A stretch of DNA of 64,000 nucleotides from Candidatus Omnitrophota bacterium (GTDB lineage: Bacteria > Omnitrophota > Gorgyraeia > Zapsychrales > Zapsychraceae), in the NCBI GenBank assembly GCA_015233115.1, contig JADFYJ010000001.1, positions 67,084 through 131,083 on the forward strand, written 5' to 3'. The notes beneath the pieces are model-generated. The model was not told the DNA's origin, did no database searches, and saw only the letters and a list, made by a program, of their open reading frames with translations. Shown piece after piece: positions 38,705 through 48,407 of this stretch (the stretch's first letter is position 1; every line of letters begins with the position of its first letter). Both the position numbers and the translations under genes were made by a program.

Positions 38705-38872
38705 TTAACCAGCTGAAATGGCGTTGACTGGGCAAACTGTAGAACAGACTCCGCAATCAATACACTTCGCGGGATCGATTTTATAAGGAGTGCCTTCTGA
38801 AATAGCTTCAACAGGACATTCAGGTTTGCAAGTTCCGCATGCGACACAAGTATCACTAATTTTATAGGCCAT
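38705..38872 (-). CDS. 2x[4Fe-4S] ferredoxin (55 aa)
   Basis: CVACGTCKPECP and CIDCGVCSTVCP. Start placed at the internal Met preceded by an AAGGGGG SD. The longer ORF (to 38959) adds a non-conserved hydrophobic extension. Confidence 0.75.
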   Translation of the reverse strand: MAYKISDTCVACGTCKPECPVEAISEGTPYKIDPAKCIDCGVCSTVCPVNAISAG

Positions 38873-38982
38873 TTGAACCCCCTTGGTAGTGGTTTGAAAA
38901 ATTTTGATTATTTTAGCATACGCGTTATATAATACAAGAAAAAAGCCTAAAAAAGCCACAAAAAAGTCATAGAAAGGCAGTT

Positions 38983-39537
38983 ATGAATTTCAAACTCGCG
39001 TTTTTGGTTTTACCAATAGTATTTTTAGGCGCCAGCATGAGTGATGCCAAAAAAAGTGTGAGTACAGTTTTGGATAATAAGAAGTCAATTTCGGTTAAAC
39101 GCAGTCAGGGTATTTGTTATTCAGAAAAAGCAGGCGTATCATTTAAATGCAAAAATTCTTGGAATTTAACGGTTATGGATGGTGCCAATTTGTTTAATAG
39201 TAAAGAAATGCCGCATTTAACAGTTTCCGTCTCAACTATGGTGGTTGATTTTACAGTTTTGGAAGAGTTGGACCATGGATTTTTACATTCCACCGGATTA
39301 TATAGTGATAATTTTCAAAGAGAACATGTTATGTGCGCAGGACGTCCGGCATTAAAAATTAAGGCTTACGCTAAAGATAATCCCCATATGCGTTATGTAG
39401 GGCTATTTTTCTTAAAAAATAAAGAATTGACCAGCATATTGTTTTCCGTATATCCAGAAAAAAAATATTGGGATCAATATCAATTTACAATTAAAGAGAT
39501 GATTGATAGTTTAAATTTTATCGGATCTAATAAATGA
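38983..39537 (+). CDS. Secreted hypothetical protein
   Basis: Signal peptide LAFLVLPIVFLGASMSDA. Confidence 0.4.
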   Translation: MNFKLAFLVLPIVFLGASMSDAKKSVSTVLDNKKSISVKRSQGICYSEKAGVSFKCKNSWNLTVMDGANLFNSKEMPHLTVSVSTMVVDFTVLEELDHGFLHSTGLYSDNFQREHVMCAGRPALKIKAYAKDNPHMRYVGLFFLKNKELTSILFSVYPEKKYWDQYQFTIKEMIDSLNFIGSNK

Positions 39538-40778
39538 AATTGCAATATCAGGTCATTATAGTGGGCGGTGGTCCAGCAGGAATGATGGCCGCTATTCGTG
39601 CGGCTGAACGAAATTTTTCAGTCCTATTAATCGAAAAAAATGATCAATTAGGTCGAAAACTTTTAATAACCGGTCATGGAAAATGTAATTTTACTCACAC
39701 GGGAGACCTTAATTATTTTTTATCTCAATATGTCCCCAACGGAAAAGTTTTGCGGGAGGCTTTAACAACATTTTCCAATGATGATTTAATCCAATATTTT
39801 AAAAAGTCTGATATTCCTTCCTATACCGATGAGGGCGGCCGTTTTTTTCCTAAGACTGACAGCGCGCAATCTTTACTCGACGTTTTGCGTCGGGCCATTC
39901 AAAAACTTAAAATAAAAGTCTTATTTTCAACTCAGGTTATTGAGTTGATGGTTAAAAATCAGAAAATTTATGGTGTTCGGTTAAATGAAGGGACTGAGAT
40001 TTTAGGCGATCATGTCGTTATTTCTACTGGCGGAAGATCATATCCTGCAACAGGATCTTCGGGAGATGGTTATCATCTGGCGCGTTCAATGGGACACACC
40101 GTTTCTGATGCGAAACCTGCTTTGGTTTCATTTAAATTGTTGGGGAATATTCCTGCGTTATTAGAAGGGATATCCCTTCCTGATATTGTTCTAAAATTCA
40201 GGATGGATAAAAAGTTTTGGCAAGAAAGGGGCGCGATCATTTTTACCGCTAAAGGTATATCCGGTCCTGCTGTTTTGAATCTTTCGCTTGTCACTACAGA
40301 TTATTTTCCTTCAGCTAATCCTATTTTTTTACACATGGATTTGGTTCCTAATTCAACGGAAGAACTTTTAAATGTTGAATTAACAAATATTTTTCTTACA
40401 CATGGCAAGGCACAAATAAAGACTGTTCTAGCCGAATATGTTCCTATGCGTTTGTGTGAAGAATTTTTGCGTTCTTTAAATATTGATCCTTTACAAAAAA
40501 CAGCCCAAGTGACAAAAAAACAAAAATTTTTGATTGTTGAAAAATTAAAAGATTGGCCATTTCAAATTTTAGCAATGGGGCCATGGACCAATGCCATGAT
40601 TACCAAGGGAGGAATTTTTGAAAAAGAAATTGATTTTAGAACCGGACAGTCAAAATTAGTAAATGGCCTTTACTTTGCAGGAGAAGTCATAGGTGTTTGC
40701 GGTAAAACCGGCGGGTTTAACCTCCAAATGGCCTTCTCCACAGGTTACCTGGTTGGAGAAAAAATTGTCTCTTTTTAA
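39534..40778 (+). CDS. HI0933-like/BaiN-family FAD-dependent oxidoreductase
   Basis: N-terminal dinucleotide fold VIIVGGGPAGMMAA with family-typical length. C-terminal GEVIGVCGKTGGFNLQ. Confidence 0.7.
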   Translation: MKLQYQVIIVGGGPAGMMAAIRAAERNFSVLLIEKNDQLGRKLLITGHGKCNFTHTGDLNYFLSQYVPNGKVLREALTTFSNDDLIQYFKKSDIPSYTDEGGRFFPKTDSAQSLLDVLRRAIQKLKIKVLFSTQVIELMVKNQKIYGVRLNEGTEILGDHVVISTGGRSYPATGSSGDGYHLARSMGHTVSDAKPALVSFKLLGNIPALLEGISLPDIVLKFRMDKKFWQERGAIIFTAKGISGPAVLNLSLVTTDYFPSANPIFLHMDLVPNSTEELLNVELTNIFLTHGKAQIKTVLAEYVPMRLCEEFLRSLNIDPLQKTAQVTKKQKFLIVEKLKDWPFQILAMGPWTNAMITKGGIFEKEIDFRTGQSKLVNGLYFAGEVIGVCGKTGGFNLQMAFSTGYLVGEKIVSF

Positions 40779-40844
40779 ACTCTTGCGGAATTTTGATATT
40801 TATTCTATACTCTATATGTGTAATAGGACTAAAGGAGTACATGA

Positions 40845-43739
40845 ATGGCTGATACGGACAATAGAAAAGATAAATATAATGCAATCGCTCCTATTCCCCA
40901 ACAAACTTCCAAAACTATCCGCTGTCTTTTAATCGAAGATAATCCTATTGATTGCCGGCTTATTCAAGGTCTCCTAAAAAATTCTGTCTCTAACATTGAC
41001 ATAGTGTTTGAAGCTAATTTACAGACGGCTATGCGATTAGTTTTAGAACAAAATTTTGATATTATTTTATTAGACCTTATGCTCCCGGATAGTAGCGGCA
41101 TTGATACATTGAAAAAGATTGTGACTTTGGTTCCGCGTATTCCGGTTATTGTGTTAACTGGTCTTAATGATGAGCATATCGCGTTAAAAGCAATGCGTTT
41201 TGGCGCGCAAGATTATATTGTTAAAGGACAGTTTACTGGACGTATTCTCGAGAGAGCGGTTCAATACGCCATTGAGCGCAAGAGAGCCCAAGGGAAGTTA
41301 TCTGATTTTCAAAATTTTGCTGAAGTCGCGGGATATGGCTTTAGTATGTCAGATGCGGAAGGCCGGATCTTGTATGCTAATCAGGCTTATTGCAAAATGC
41401 TTGAGGAAGATTTAGAAGAAGATTTGATCGGACGTAATTTTTTTGAGTATTATCCTGTTGAAAAGCAAGCCTATGTCAAAAATGTCCTCATGCCGCAAGC
41501 CTTCAAAACTGGTCAATGGGCGGGAGAAATTGATTTAAAAAGCCGCCGCGGCGTTTTGTTTTCCGTTATTCAAAATATTGTTGTTGTTAATGATCGCCAC
41601 GGTCAGCCTTTATATATCGGTAACGTCTGTATTGATATTTCTGAACGCAAAAAAATTGAACAAAAGCTTTTAACCAGCGAAAAAAAATATCGCGAATTAT
41701 ATGAGACCATGGTTTCCGCTATGGCCCAGCATAAAATTGTTTTGGATGCGACCGGTAACCCGGTTGATTACGTTTTTATTGATGTGAATCCGGCTTTTGA
41801 AAAAATGACCGGGTTAAAAAAAGAAGACATTGTTAATCGGTCAGTGACTGAAGTTTTTCCTAATATTAACAAATCATCTTTTGATTGGATTGGGGTTTAT
41901 GGAGAAGTCGCTTTAGGGGGAAATCCTCGTCAACTTGAACAATATTTTGAACCTTTCCAAAAATGGTTTTCCATTTTAGTATACAGCCCTCAAAAGGGAT
42001 CATTTATTACTTTATTTTCAGATATTACGGAACAAAAGCTCATACAAAAAGAGTTAAGGAATTCAGAACAACGATATCATGGCTTGTTTGAAGGCATCAT
42101 GGACGGGGTCATTATTATGGATGAAAACAGTTTGATTATTGAAGCTAATCCTGCGTATCTGAAAATGCTGGGCTATGAATTAAATGATATCCGAGGGAAA
42201 AGCGTTGAAGATTTAACTCCCGCTAAGTGGCATCAATGGGAAAGAGAAGAAGTTTTTAAAGATCAACTTTTGGATCGGGGTTTTTCAGAAGCTTATCAAA
42301 AAGAATATATACGTAAAGATGGCGCCATTATTCCGGTTGAGCTACGGGCTTATGCTATTCGTAATGAAGATAATGAAACAATAGGATTCTGGGCCATTGT
42401 CAGAGATTTGACGGATCAAAAGCGTTCTGACGAAAAAATGAAAAAATTATTTTTTTATGACCGGTTAACTGGTTTACCTAACCGTATGTTGGCGATAGAT
42501 CGTGTTTCGCAAGTTATTGCCCGTCTAAAACGCGATGTGGGTAAAATGGTGGCAGTATTAGTGATTGATCTTGATCAATTTAAATTAGTGAATGATACAT
42601 TAGGGCATTTTTGTGGTGACCAATTGTTAATTGAAGCATCACAGCGGTTACAAAGTATAGTCCGGGAAAGCGATACCGTCGCGCGTTTGGGCGGAGATGA
42701 ATTTTTATTGGTTTTACCGGAAATCGATGATGAAGAACATGCTGTTATTGTGGCACAAAAAATATTGGACGCTTTTGCTCAGCCTTTCGAATTGGAAAAA
42801 CGCGAAGTATTTGTGTCGGCCAGTATTGGAATAGCTGCTTATCCAAATGATGGCATAAATTCAACGGAATTGCTGAAGAACGCGGATGCGGCTATGTTCA
42901 AAGCCAAGGAGGACAGCCGTAACACATTTAAATTTTTTGCTCCACAAATGAATGAGAAAGCCAATGTCCGTCTGCGTATGGAAACTCGATTGCGTAGGGC
43001 CATAGATCAAAATAATTTAATCTTACACTATCAGCCTATTTATGATATTAATTCACGCAAATTAATCGGCGCGGAAGCATTGTTGCGTTGGAATGATCCG
43101 GAATTAGGACTAGTCATGCCAAATGATTTTATTCCTTTGGCTGAGGAAACTGGCTTAATTGTTCCGATTGGAGAGTGGGTTTTAAACCAGGCTTGTTTAC
43201 AAGCGAGAAAATGGAGTCAATGGTTTGAAATGCCTTTTAAAATTTCTGTCAATGTTTCTTATAGGCAATTCGTAGGCAGTGATTTCGCGAAAATTGTGGC
43301 TGATGCGTTAAAGCATTCTGGTTTGAATGCGAATCAGTTGGAATTAGAAATAACCGAACGTTTATTGCTCCAGAATCCTGAGGCAGTTGGAAAAATTTTG
43401 CATCGTATAGTTGATACGGGGGTGAATTTAGCTATCGATGATTTTGGTACGGGATATTCCAGTCTTCATTATTTGAAAAAATACCCATTTCATACCTTAA
43501 AAATTGATCGTTCATTTATCGTTGATATGAAAATTGATTCTTCTGATGTCGCGCTTCCATCCGCTATTATTGCCCTTGCGCATACGTTGAATTTAATGGT
43601 GGTGGGAGAAGGTGTTGAAACAGAGGAACAATTGGAGTTTTTACGTTTTCAGGGTTGTGATTGGGCACAAGGATTTTTCTTCGCCAAGCCGGTTTCTGAA
43701 AAAGAATTTGAAGCCATCGCCAAATTAAAACACTTCTAA
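40845..43739 (+). CDS. Response regulator with three PAS domains, GGDEF and EAL (c-di-GMP turnover)
   Basis: Receiver domain (LLIEDNP...LLDLMLPDSSG). GGDEF intact (RLGGDEFLL). EAL intact (GAEALLRW, DDFGTGYSS). Confidence 0.85.
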   Translation: MADTDNRKDKYNAIAPIPQQTSKTIRCLLIEDNPIDCRLIQGLLKNSVSNIDIVFEANLQTAMRLVLEQNFDIILLDLMLPDSSGIDTLKKIVTLVPRIPVIVLTGLNDEHIALKAMRFGAQDYIVKGQFTGRILERAVQYAIERKRAQGKLSDFQNFAEVAGYGFSMSDAEGRILYANQAYCKMLEEDLEEDLIGRNFFEYYPVEKQAYVKNVLMPQAFKTGQWAGEIDLKSRRGVLFSVIQNIVVVNDRHGQPLYIGNVCIDISERKKIEQKLLTSEKKYRELYETMVSAMAQHKIVLDATGNPVDYVFIDVNPAFEKMTGLKKEDIVNRSVTEVFPNINKSSFDWIGVYGEVALGGNPRQLEQYFEPFQKWFSILVYSPQKGSFITLFSDITEQKLIQKELRNSEQRYHGLFEGIMDGVIIMDENSLIIEANPAYLKMLGYELNDIRGKSVEDLTPAKWHQWEREEVFKDQLLDRGFSEAYQKEYIRKDGAIIPVELRAYAIRNEDNETIGFWAIVRDLTDQKRSDEKMKKLFFYDRLTGLPNRMLAIDRVSQVIARLKRDVGKMVAVLVIDLDQFKLVNDTLGHFCGDQLLIEASQRLQSIVRESDTVARLGGDEFLLVLPEIDDEEHAVIVAQKILDAFAQPFELEKREVFVSASIGIAAYPNDGINSTELLKNADAAMFKAKEDSRNTFKFFAPQMNEKANVRLRMETRLRRAIDQNNLILHYQPIYDINSRKLIGAEALLRWNDPELGLVMPNDFIPLAEETGLIVPIGEWVLNQACLQARKWSQWFEMPFKISVNVSYRQFVGSDFAKIVADALKHSGLNANQLELEITERLLLQNPEAVGKILHRIVDTGVNLAIDDFGTGYSSLHYLKKYPFHTLKIDRSFIVDMKIDSSDVALPSAIIALAHTLNLMVVGEGVETEEQLEFLRFQGCDWAQGFFFAKPVSEKEFEAIAKLKHF

Positions 43740-43840
43740 TTGTAGCTTGCCGTTAATCAAAATAATTTTTCATAGCAATATTTTTACTTTATGATATTCT
43801 AGTTTTCAATAAATTTGATTAAATAATTATAAGTAATTTA

Positions 43841-43901
43841 AGATCTCTCACCTAACGGTTCGATATCCTCAAAAAATTACTTCGTAATTTTTTTCGGAGA
43901 G
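43841..43901 (+). repeat. Upstream tRNA-Ser element (copy 3), ending in a tRNA 5'-like GGAGAGG fragment
   Basis: agatctctcacctaacggttcgatatcctcaaaaaattacttcgtaatttttttcggagag. This is the reverse complement of 26814-26874. Confidence 0.8.
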
Positions 43902-43967
43902 GGCCGTTAATCCGGATGTTGTTATAGAAACGGCACAAATCCCGGATATTTGATAAAAGTATTTTTA

Positions 43968-44052
43968 GGAGAGGTGGCAGAGCGGTTGAACGCGCACGCT
44001 TGGAAAGCGTGTGACTCGCAAGGGTCCCAGGGTTCGAATCCCTGCCTCTCCG
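43968..44052 (+). tRNA. tRNA-Ser(GGA)
   Basis: GGAGAGG acceptor. Anticodon stem CACGC/GCGTG with loop UUGGAAA. Long variable arm. CCAGGGTTCGAATCCCTGG T-arm and discriminator G. Confidence 0.85.
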
Positions 44053-44261
44053 TTTTAAATTTAATCAGCAAAGGGATGAGAACCCAAAAGGGGTTAGTAA
44101 GGGGAAAGCTTGTTTCCCCTTTTCTCTAGAGGGGTGACACCCCTGCCGTTTTGATTCGTAATCAAGAATACAAAACGAATCAGCAGGGGGCCAGAGGCTG
44201 AGTGACCCCCTATGGAGAGGATGAGCGAATAGCGAATCCGAGTTCGTTTCCCTGCTCTCCG
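44053..44261 (+). repeat. Single 209-bp variant of the tRNA-linked repeat unit (with a ~45-bp insertion), ending in a degenerate tRNA 3' mimic
   Basis: The opening (tttaaatttaatcag...aaagggatgagaacccaaaagggg) and closing (ctatggagaggatgagcga.tagcgaa..cgagttcgtttccctgctctccg) blocks match the 166-bp unit at 29447. Confidence 0.85.
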
Positions 44262-44303
44262 TTTATTTTTATATCGTCCTTGATGAGAATTCTATAATCA
44301 TCT

Positions 44304-44840
44304 ATGAAACACAAAATTTTACCTGTCACAAAAAAAACTGATATCCCCAAAGAATACCGCGATAATCCTATTGGTTTATTGCTGGAATATCATAATTTGA
44401 ACCGTGAATTTGACGCTTATTTGCAGGCACGATTACTTATTGGCATGTGTATGGATAATCGTAAGCATTTGCATATGCCGGATAATTTTGCTTTTATCAT
44501 CCGATCTGGAGGCGCAAATTTACGTTATAGTGAATTTAAAGTTTCGTATGCGATTTCTGTGGGCCAAGTTGAGCATATCGCGTTGATTGGACATAATCAT
44601 TGCGGCATGGTTAATTTAGTCTCTCGTAAAGAAGAATTTATTAACGGCTTGGTTGAACGCGCGGGTTGGAGTAAGGACGCGGCGGAAGAACATTTCATGA
44701 ATTTGGCATTGATGCATGAAATTGGTAATGAAATTGATTTTGTCATGAGCGAGACGAACAGACTGCGTAAAAGATATCCCAAAATTAAAGTGGCTCCCTT
44801 GTATTATCAAGTAGAAGATAATCAGTTATACTGCCTTTAG
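44304..44840 (+). CDS. Beta-class carbonic anhydrase-like protein
   Basis: C-x-D-x-R (CMDNR), FIIRSGGAN (compare FxxRNxGN) and H-x-x-C-G (HNHCG) motifs in canonical order. Confidence 0.55.
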   Translation: MKHKILPVTKKTDIPKEYRDNPIGLLLEYHNLNREFDAYLQARLLIGMCMDNRKHLHMPDNFAFIIRSGGANLRYSEFKVSYAISVGQVEHIALIGHNHCGMVNLVSRKEEFINGLVERAGWSKDAAEEHFMNLALMHEIGNEIDFVMSETNRLRKRYPKIKVAPLYYQVEDNQLYCL

Positions 44841-44947
44841 CTTCGATTATTTGGACCTTTTATTCCCATTGCTTTATTTCATTAAGAGTGTGATAATACG
44901 TCCGCTATTGAAGACTATTCCAGGGAGTGGTGTTCTAGCAACACTTT

Positions 44948-47900
44948 ATGAATCTCACCAAAAATAATCCTAGTTATATCGTCTGTATCGGCGCGTCTGC
45001 CGGCGGACTGGAAGCATTGATTTCGTTTTTAAAATGCTTGCCTAAAACTACAAATATGGCGTATGTGCTGATTCAGCATCTGGAACCACAGCATAAAAGC
45101 GCGTTATCAGAGATTCTTTCCCGAGAAACAATTTTGAATGTCTGTGAAGCCAAGAATAATACAAAAGTCGAAGCAGGACATGTCTATGTTATTTCGCCTA
45201 ATACTCTGCTGGCCATTTCAAAAGGGTTTTTAAAAATTACTTCCCGGATAAAACGCATTGATGGGAGATATTTACCCATTGATTATTTTATGACCTCCTT
45301 GGCTAAAGATCAAGGTCCTAAGGCTGTTGGTATTATTCTTTCAGGGACAGGATCAGATGGGACTCTCGGGGCTAAAGCGATTAAAGATCAGGGAGGTATG
45401 GTATTTGCGCAAAATAAAATAACGGCGCGGTATTTTGGGATGCCGGGAAGTGTTATAGCGGGCGGATTGGCGGATTTTGTGTTGCCGCCTGATAAGATGG
45501 GGAAAAAACTTTTGCGTTTGGAAACCCATGAATACATTTCATCTTTAAAACCAACTATTAAGAGTCCTGATGAATCAGATTATCTTAATCGGATCCTTGT
45601 GTTACTTCGTGATCGAACGGGTGTGGATTTTATTCATTATAAGAAAAATACGATTGGTCGTCGAATTGAACGAAGGATGCTCTTTCATAATCTTAAAAAT
45701 CATGCGGATTATTATAACTATCTTAAAAAAAATCCGGTTGAAGTCGAAGCTTTGCGTCAGGATATTCTTATTCCCGTTACGTCTTTCTTCCGCGATCCTA
45801 AGCTATTCGCGGCAATTGCAAAAAAAGTGTTCCCACATATTACGCGTAAACGTTCCCCGCAAAATCCTCTTCGTTTATGGGTGACTGCCTGCTCTTCGGG
45901 GGAAGAGGTTTATTCTCTGGCTATATTCTTTTATGAGGCTATGGAAAAAAAGCAGATTAAGCCTTGCCTGCAGATTTTTGGGACGGATTTAAGTGAAATG
46001 CATATCAATAAAGCGCGCGCTGGTTTATATACCAAAGATATTTCTGACCATGTTTCCGCTGAACGTTTGCGGCGGTTTTTTGTGAAAACTGAGACAGGCT
46101 ATAAAATTGCTAAACCTATACGGGAACTCTGTATATTTGCTAAGCATGACATAACCAGCGACCCGCCATTGTCTAATATGGATATGGTGAGTTGCCGGAA
46201 CCTTCTTATTTATCTCGATTCATTTTTACAAAATAAAGCATTGTCAACGCTGCATTACGCGCTTAAACCCAATGGTTTTCTAATTCTGGGATCAGCGGAA
46301 TCAGTCACGGCCGTGCCGAATCTTTTTACGGTGGTTGATCAAAAACAAAAAATTTATTTAAAAAATATTTTAAGTCGGAAAATTATACCTGATATGAAAA
46401 AGAAACCTATTATATTGAATGCCCCCAAGAACCGGAACGCGGCAAAAAAAAATTATCCTAAACTTAGTCCAAATAAGCCCAGTAAAGTGACTGATTTTAA
46501 AATGCAAGAATTCGATAAAATAATTTTAGGAGATACGAAGAAGGACATAGCGAAGTTAAAAAAAGAATTCGGCCGGACAGTGGAACGTTTGAACGCGGTG
46601 AATGAGGAAAAAGATACTTTTAACGAAGAGCTAAAGGCAGCGAATGAAGAAGTTCAATCCAGCAATGAAGAATTGCAAAGCATGAATGAGGAGCTGGAGA
46701 CCTCTAAAGAAGAACTGCAATCGACCAACGAAGAATTGCTGACGCTTAATGAGGAATTGCAGAATAAAAATGGAGAGTTATTACGGCTTAACAGTGATTT
46801 GAGCAATGTTTTCGCCAGCACGAATATTCCTATTATTATCGTAGGTAATGATCTGTGTATCAAACGTTTTACACCGATGGCGCGAAAAGTGATGAACCTG
46901 ATCGCGACGGATGTCGAGCGTCCGATCGGTGATATTAAACTCAACATTGATGTCCCTAATTTAGAAGAAATCCTGCGTGGCGTCATCGAAGATATGGTTC
47001 CTAAAGAATCAGAAGTTCAAGACAAAGAAGGGCGATGGTATTGCATGCGTCTGAGGCCGTACCGGACGTTGGATAACAAAATTGACGGAGCGGTCATGAC
47101 CATGATCGATATTGATGTCATTAAGCGCAGTAATGAAAAAATAGAAAGCACTCTTAAATATACTCAGGCTATTATTGAAACCATGCGGGAACCTTTGGTC
47201 GTTTTGGATAAAGACGCCCGTATTTTATCCGCGAATAAATCTTTCTATGGCTTTTTTAAAACCACGTTAACTGAGACGGAAAATAAACTTTTATATGAGG
47301 TTGCGGGGCAGCATTGGGACAAACCAGAACTGCGGAAATTACTCGAGGATGTGTTACCGAAAAAAAGTCATTTTACGGATTTTGAAGTGACCATTGATTT
47401 TCCGAATATCGGCGTTAAAACCATAATTCTTGATGGTCAGCAGATTAAGATGCGCGGTCAAGAGCAACCCATGATCCTTCTGGTCATGGAAGATATCACA
47501 AAACGCAGAAAAGCGGAAGATGTTTTGAAACGTGATAGCGAAACTTTGGAAAAATTAGTTAAGGAACGAACTCAGGAAGCCATGGATCTGCAGATAAAAC
47601 TGGCACGGGAGAAACATCTTTCTGATTTAGGAACCATGGCCGCTACGGTCGCGCATGAATTGCGCAATACTTTGGCAGGGATCAGTGTAGCCGCGTATAA
47701 CATTAAGAAGAAGGTCAATGATCCCAAGGTTGAAGGGAATTTTAATGTTATTGATAAAAAAATATTAGAGGGTGATCATATTATTAATAATGTTTTATCG
47801 TATTCGAAAATTAAGATATCCCACTTAGGCGCAGTCAAAATCAATTATGTTCTTGAATTATGCATGACGGAATTACGTAACAAAGTCGTGAGCCATGGTG

Positions 47901-48304
47901 TATCCATTTATAACCAGACCAGTCTCACGAAGGATCTTTTTATTGAAGCGGACTCCATTCAAATTCGTGAAGTATTTTCAAATATTTTGAACAATGCCAT
48001 TGACGCAGTTAAAAAAGATGTCGGTGTTATAGATATTGAATCAAAAATTAATAATTCTGACGTAACTATTGTCATAAAAGATAATGGTGAAGGGATTGAT
48101 AAAGAAGATTTGAAGAAGGTTTTGAATCCTTTTTTCACGACCAAAGCAAATGGAACAGGGCTAGGGTTAGCCGTATGTAATCAGATTATTATGTTGCATG
48201 ACGGTTCAATTGCGATTGAAAGTGAAAAAGGTAAAGGTACCATCGTACAGGTTAGATTGCCAATATATAGGAGTAAAACCGCAGAAAATGATGTTACGCC
48301 GTAA
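44948..48304 (+). CDS. Fused CheB methylesterase, CheR methyltransferase, coiled-coil, PAS and histidine kinase
   Basis: CheB-type CIGASAGGLEAL and SGTGSDG. CheR-type LRLWVTACSSGEEVYS. NEELQS heptad tandem repeats. H-box VAHELRNTLAGI. DNGEGI and GTGLGLAVC. Confidence 0.8.
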   Translation: MNLTKNNPSYIVCIGASAGGLEALISFLKCLPKTTNMAYVLIQHLEPQHKSALSEILSRETILNVCEAKNNTKVEAGHVYVISPNTLLAISKGFLKITSRIKRIDGRYLPIDYFMTSLAKDQGPKAVGIILSGTGSDGTLGAKAIKDQGGMVFAQNKITARYFGMPGSVIAGGLADFVLPPDKMGKKLLRLETHEYISSLKPTIKSPDESDYLNRILVLLRDRTGVDFIHYKKNTIGRRIERRMLFHNLKNHADYYNYLKKNPVEVEALRQDILIPVTSFFRDPKLFAAIAKKVFPHITRKRSPQNPLRLWVTACSSGEEVYSLAIFFYEAMEKKQIKPCLQIFGTDLSEMHINKARAGLYTKDISDHVSAERLRRFFVKTETGYKIAKPIRELCIFAKHDITSDPPLSNMDMVSCRNLLIYLDSFLQNKALSTLHYALKPNGFLILGSAESVTAVPNLFTVVDQKQKIYLKNILSRKIIPDMKKKPIILNAPKNRNAAKKNYPKLSPNKPSKVTDFKMQEFDKIILGDTKKDIAKLKKEFGRTVERLNAVNEEKDTFNEELKAANEEVQSSNEELQSMNEELETSKEELQSTNEELLTLNEELQNKNGELLRLNSDLSNVFASTNIPIIIVGNDLCIKRFTPMARKVMNLIATDVERPIGDIKLNIDVPNLEEILRGVIEDMVPKESEVQDKEGRWYCMRLRPYRTLDNKIDGAVMTMIDIDVIKRSNEKIESTLKYTQAIIETMREPLVVLDKDARILSANKSFYGFFKTTLTETENKLLYEVAGQHWDKPELRKLLEDVLPKKSHFTDFEVTIDFPNIGVKTIILDGQQIKMRGQEQPMILLVMEDITKRRKAEDVLKRDSETLEKLVKERTQEAMDLQIKLAREKHLSDLGTMAATVAHELRNTLAGISVAAYNIKKKVNDPKVEGNFNVIDKKILEGDHIINNVLSYSKIKISHLGAVKINYVLELCMTELRNKVVSHGVSIYNQTSLTKDLFIEADSIQIREVFSNILNNAIDAVKKDVGVIDIESKINNSDVTIVIKDNGEGIDKEDLKKVLNPFFTTKANGTGLGLAVCNQIIMLHDGSIAIESEKGKGTIVQVRLPIYRSKTAENDVTP

Positions 48305-48407
48305 AAAGGGTTTGTTTTTATTTTTTCTTAGTTGTAATAAAACACCATTCTTGTATAATTTATAAAAATTATTTCAATCATGTTGAATTAATGAAGGGAG
48401 AACATTT

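Noticed and set aside
38873-38959. N-terminal 29-aa extension of the - strand ferredoxin ORF (full ORF 38705-38959)
   Set aside because: The extension is hydrophobic and unrelated to ferredoxins. An internal Met with a good AAGGGGG ribosome-binding site gives a canonical 55-aa 2x[4Fe-4S] ferredoxin.
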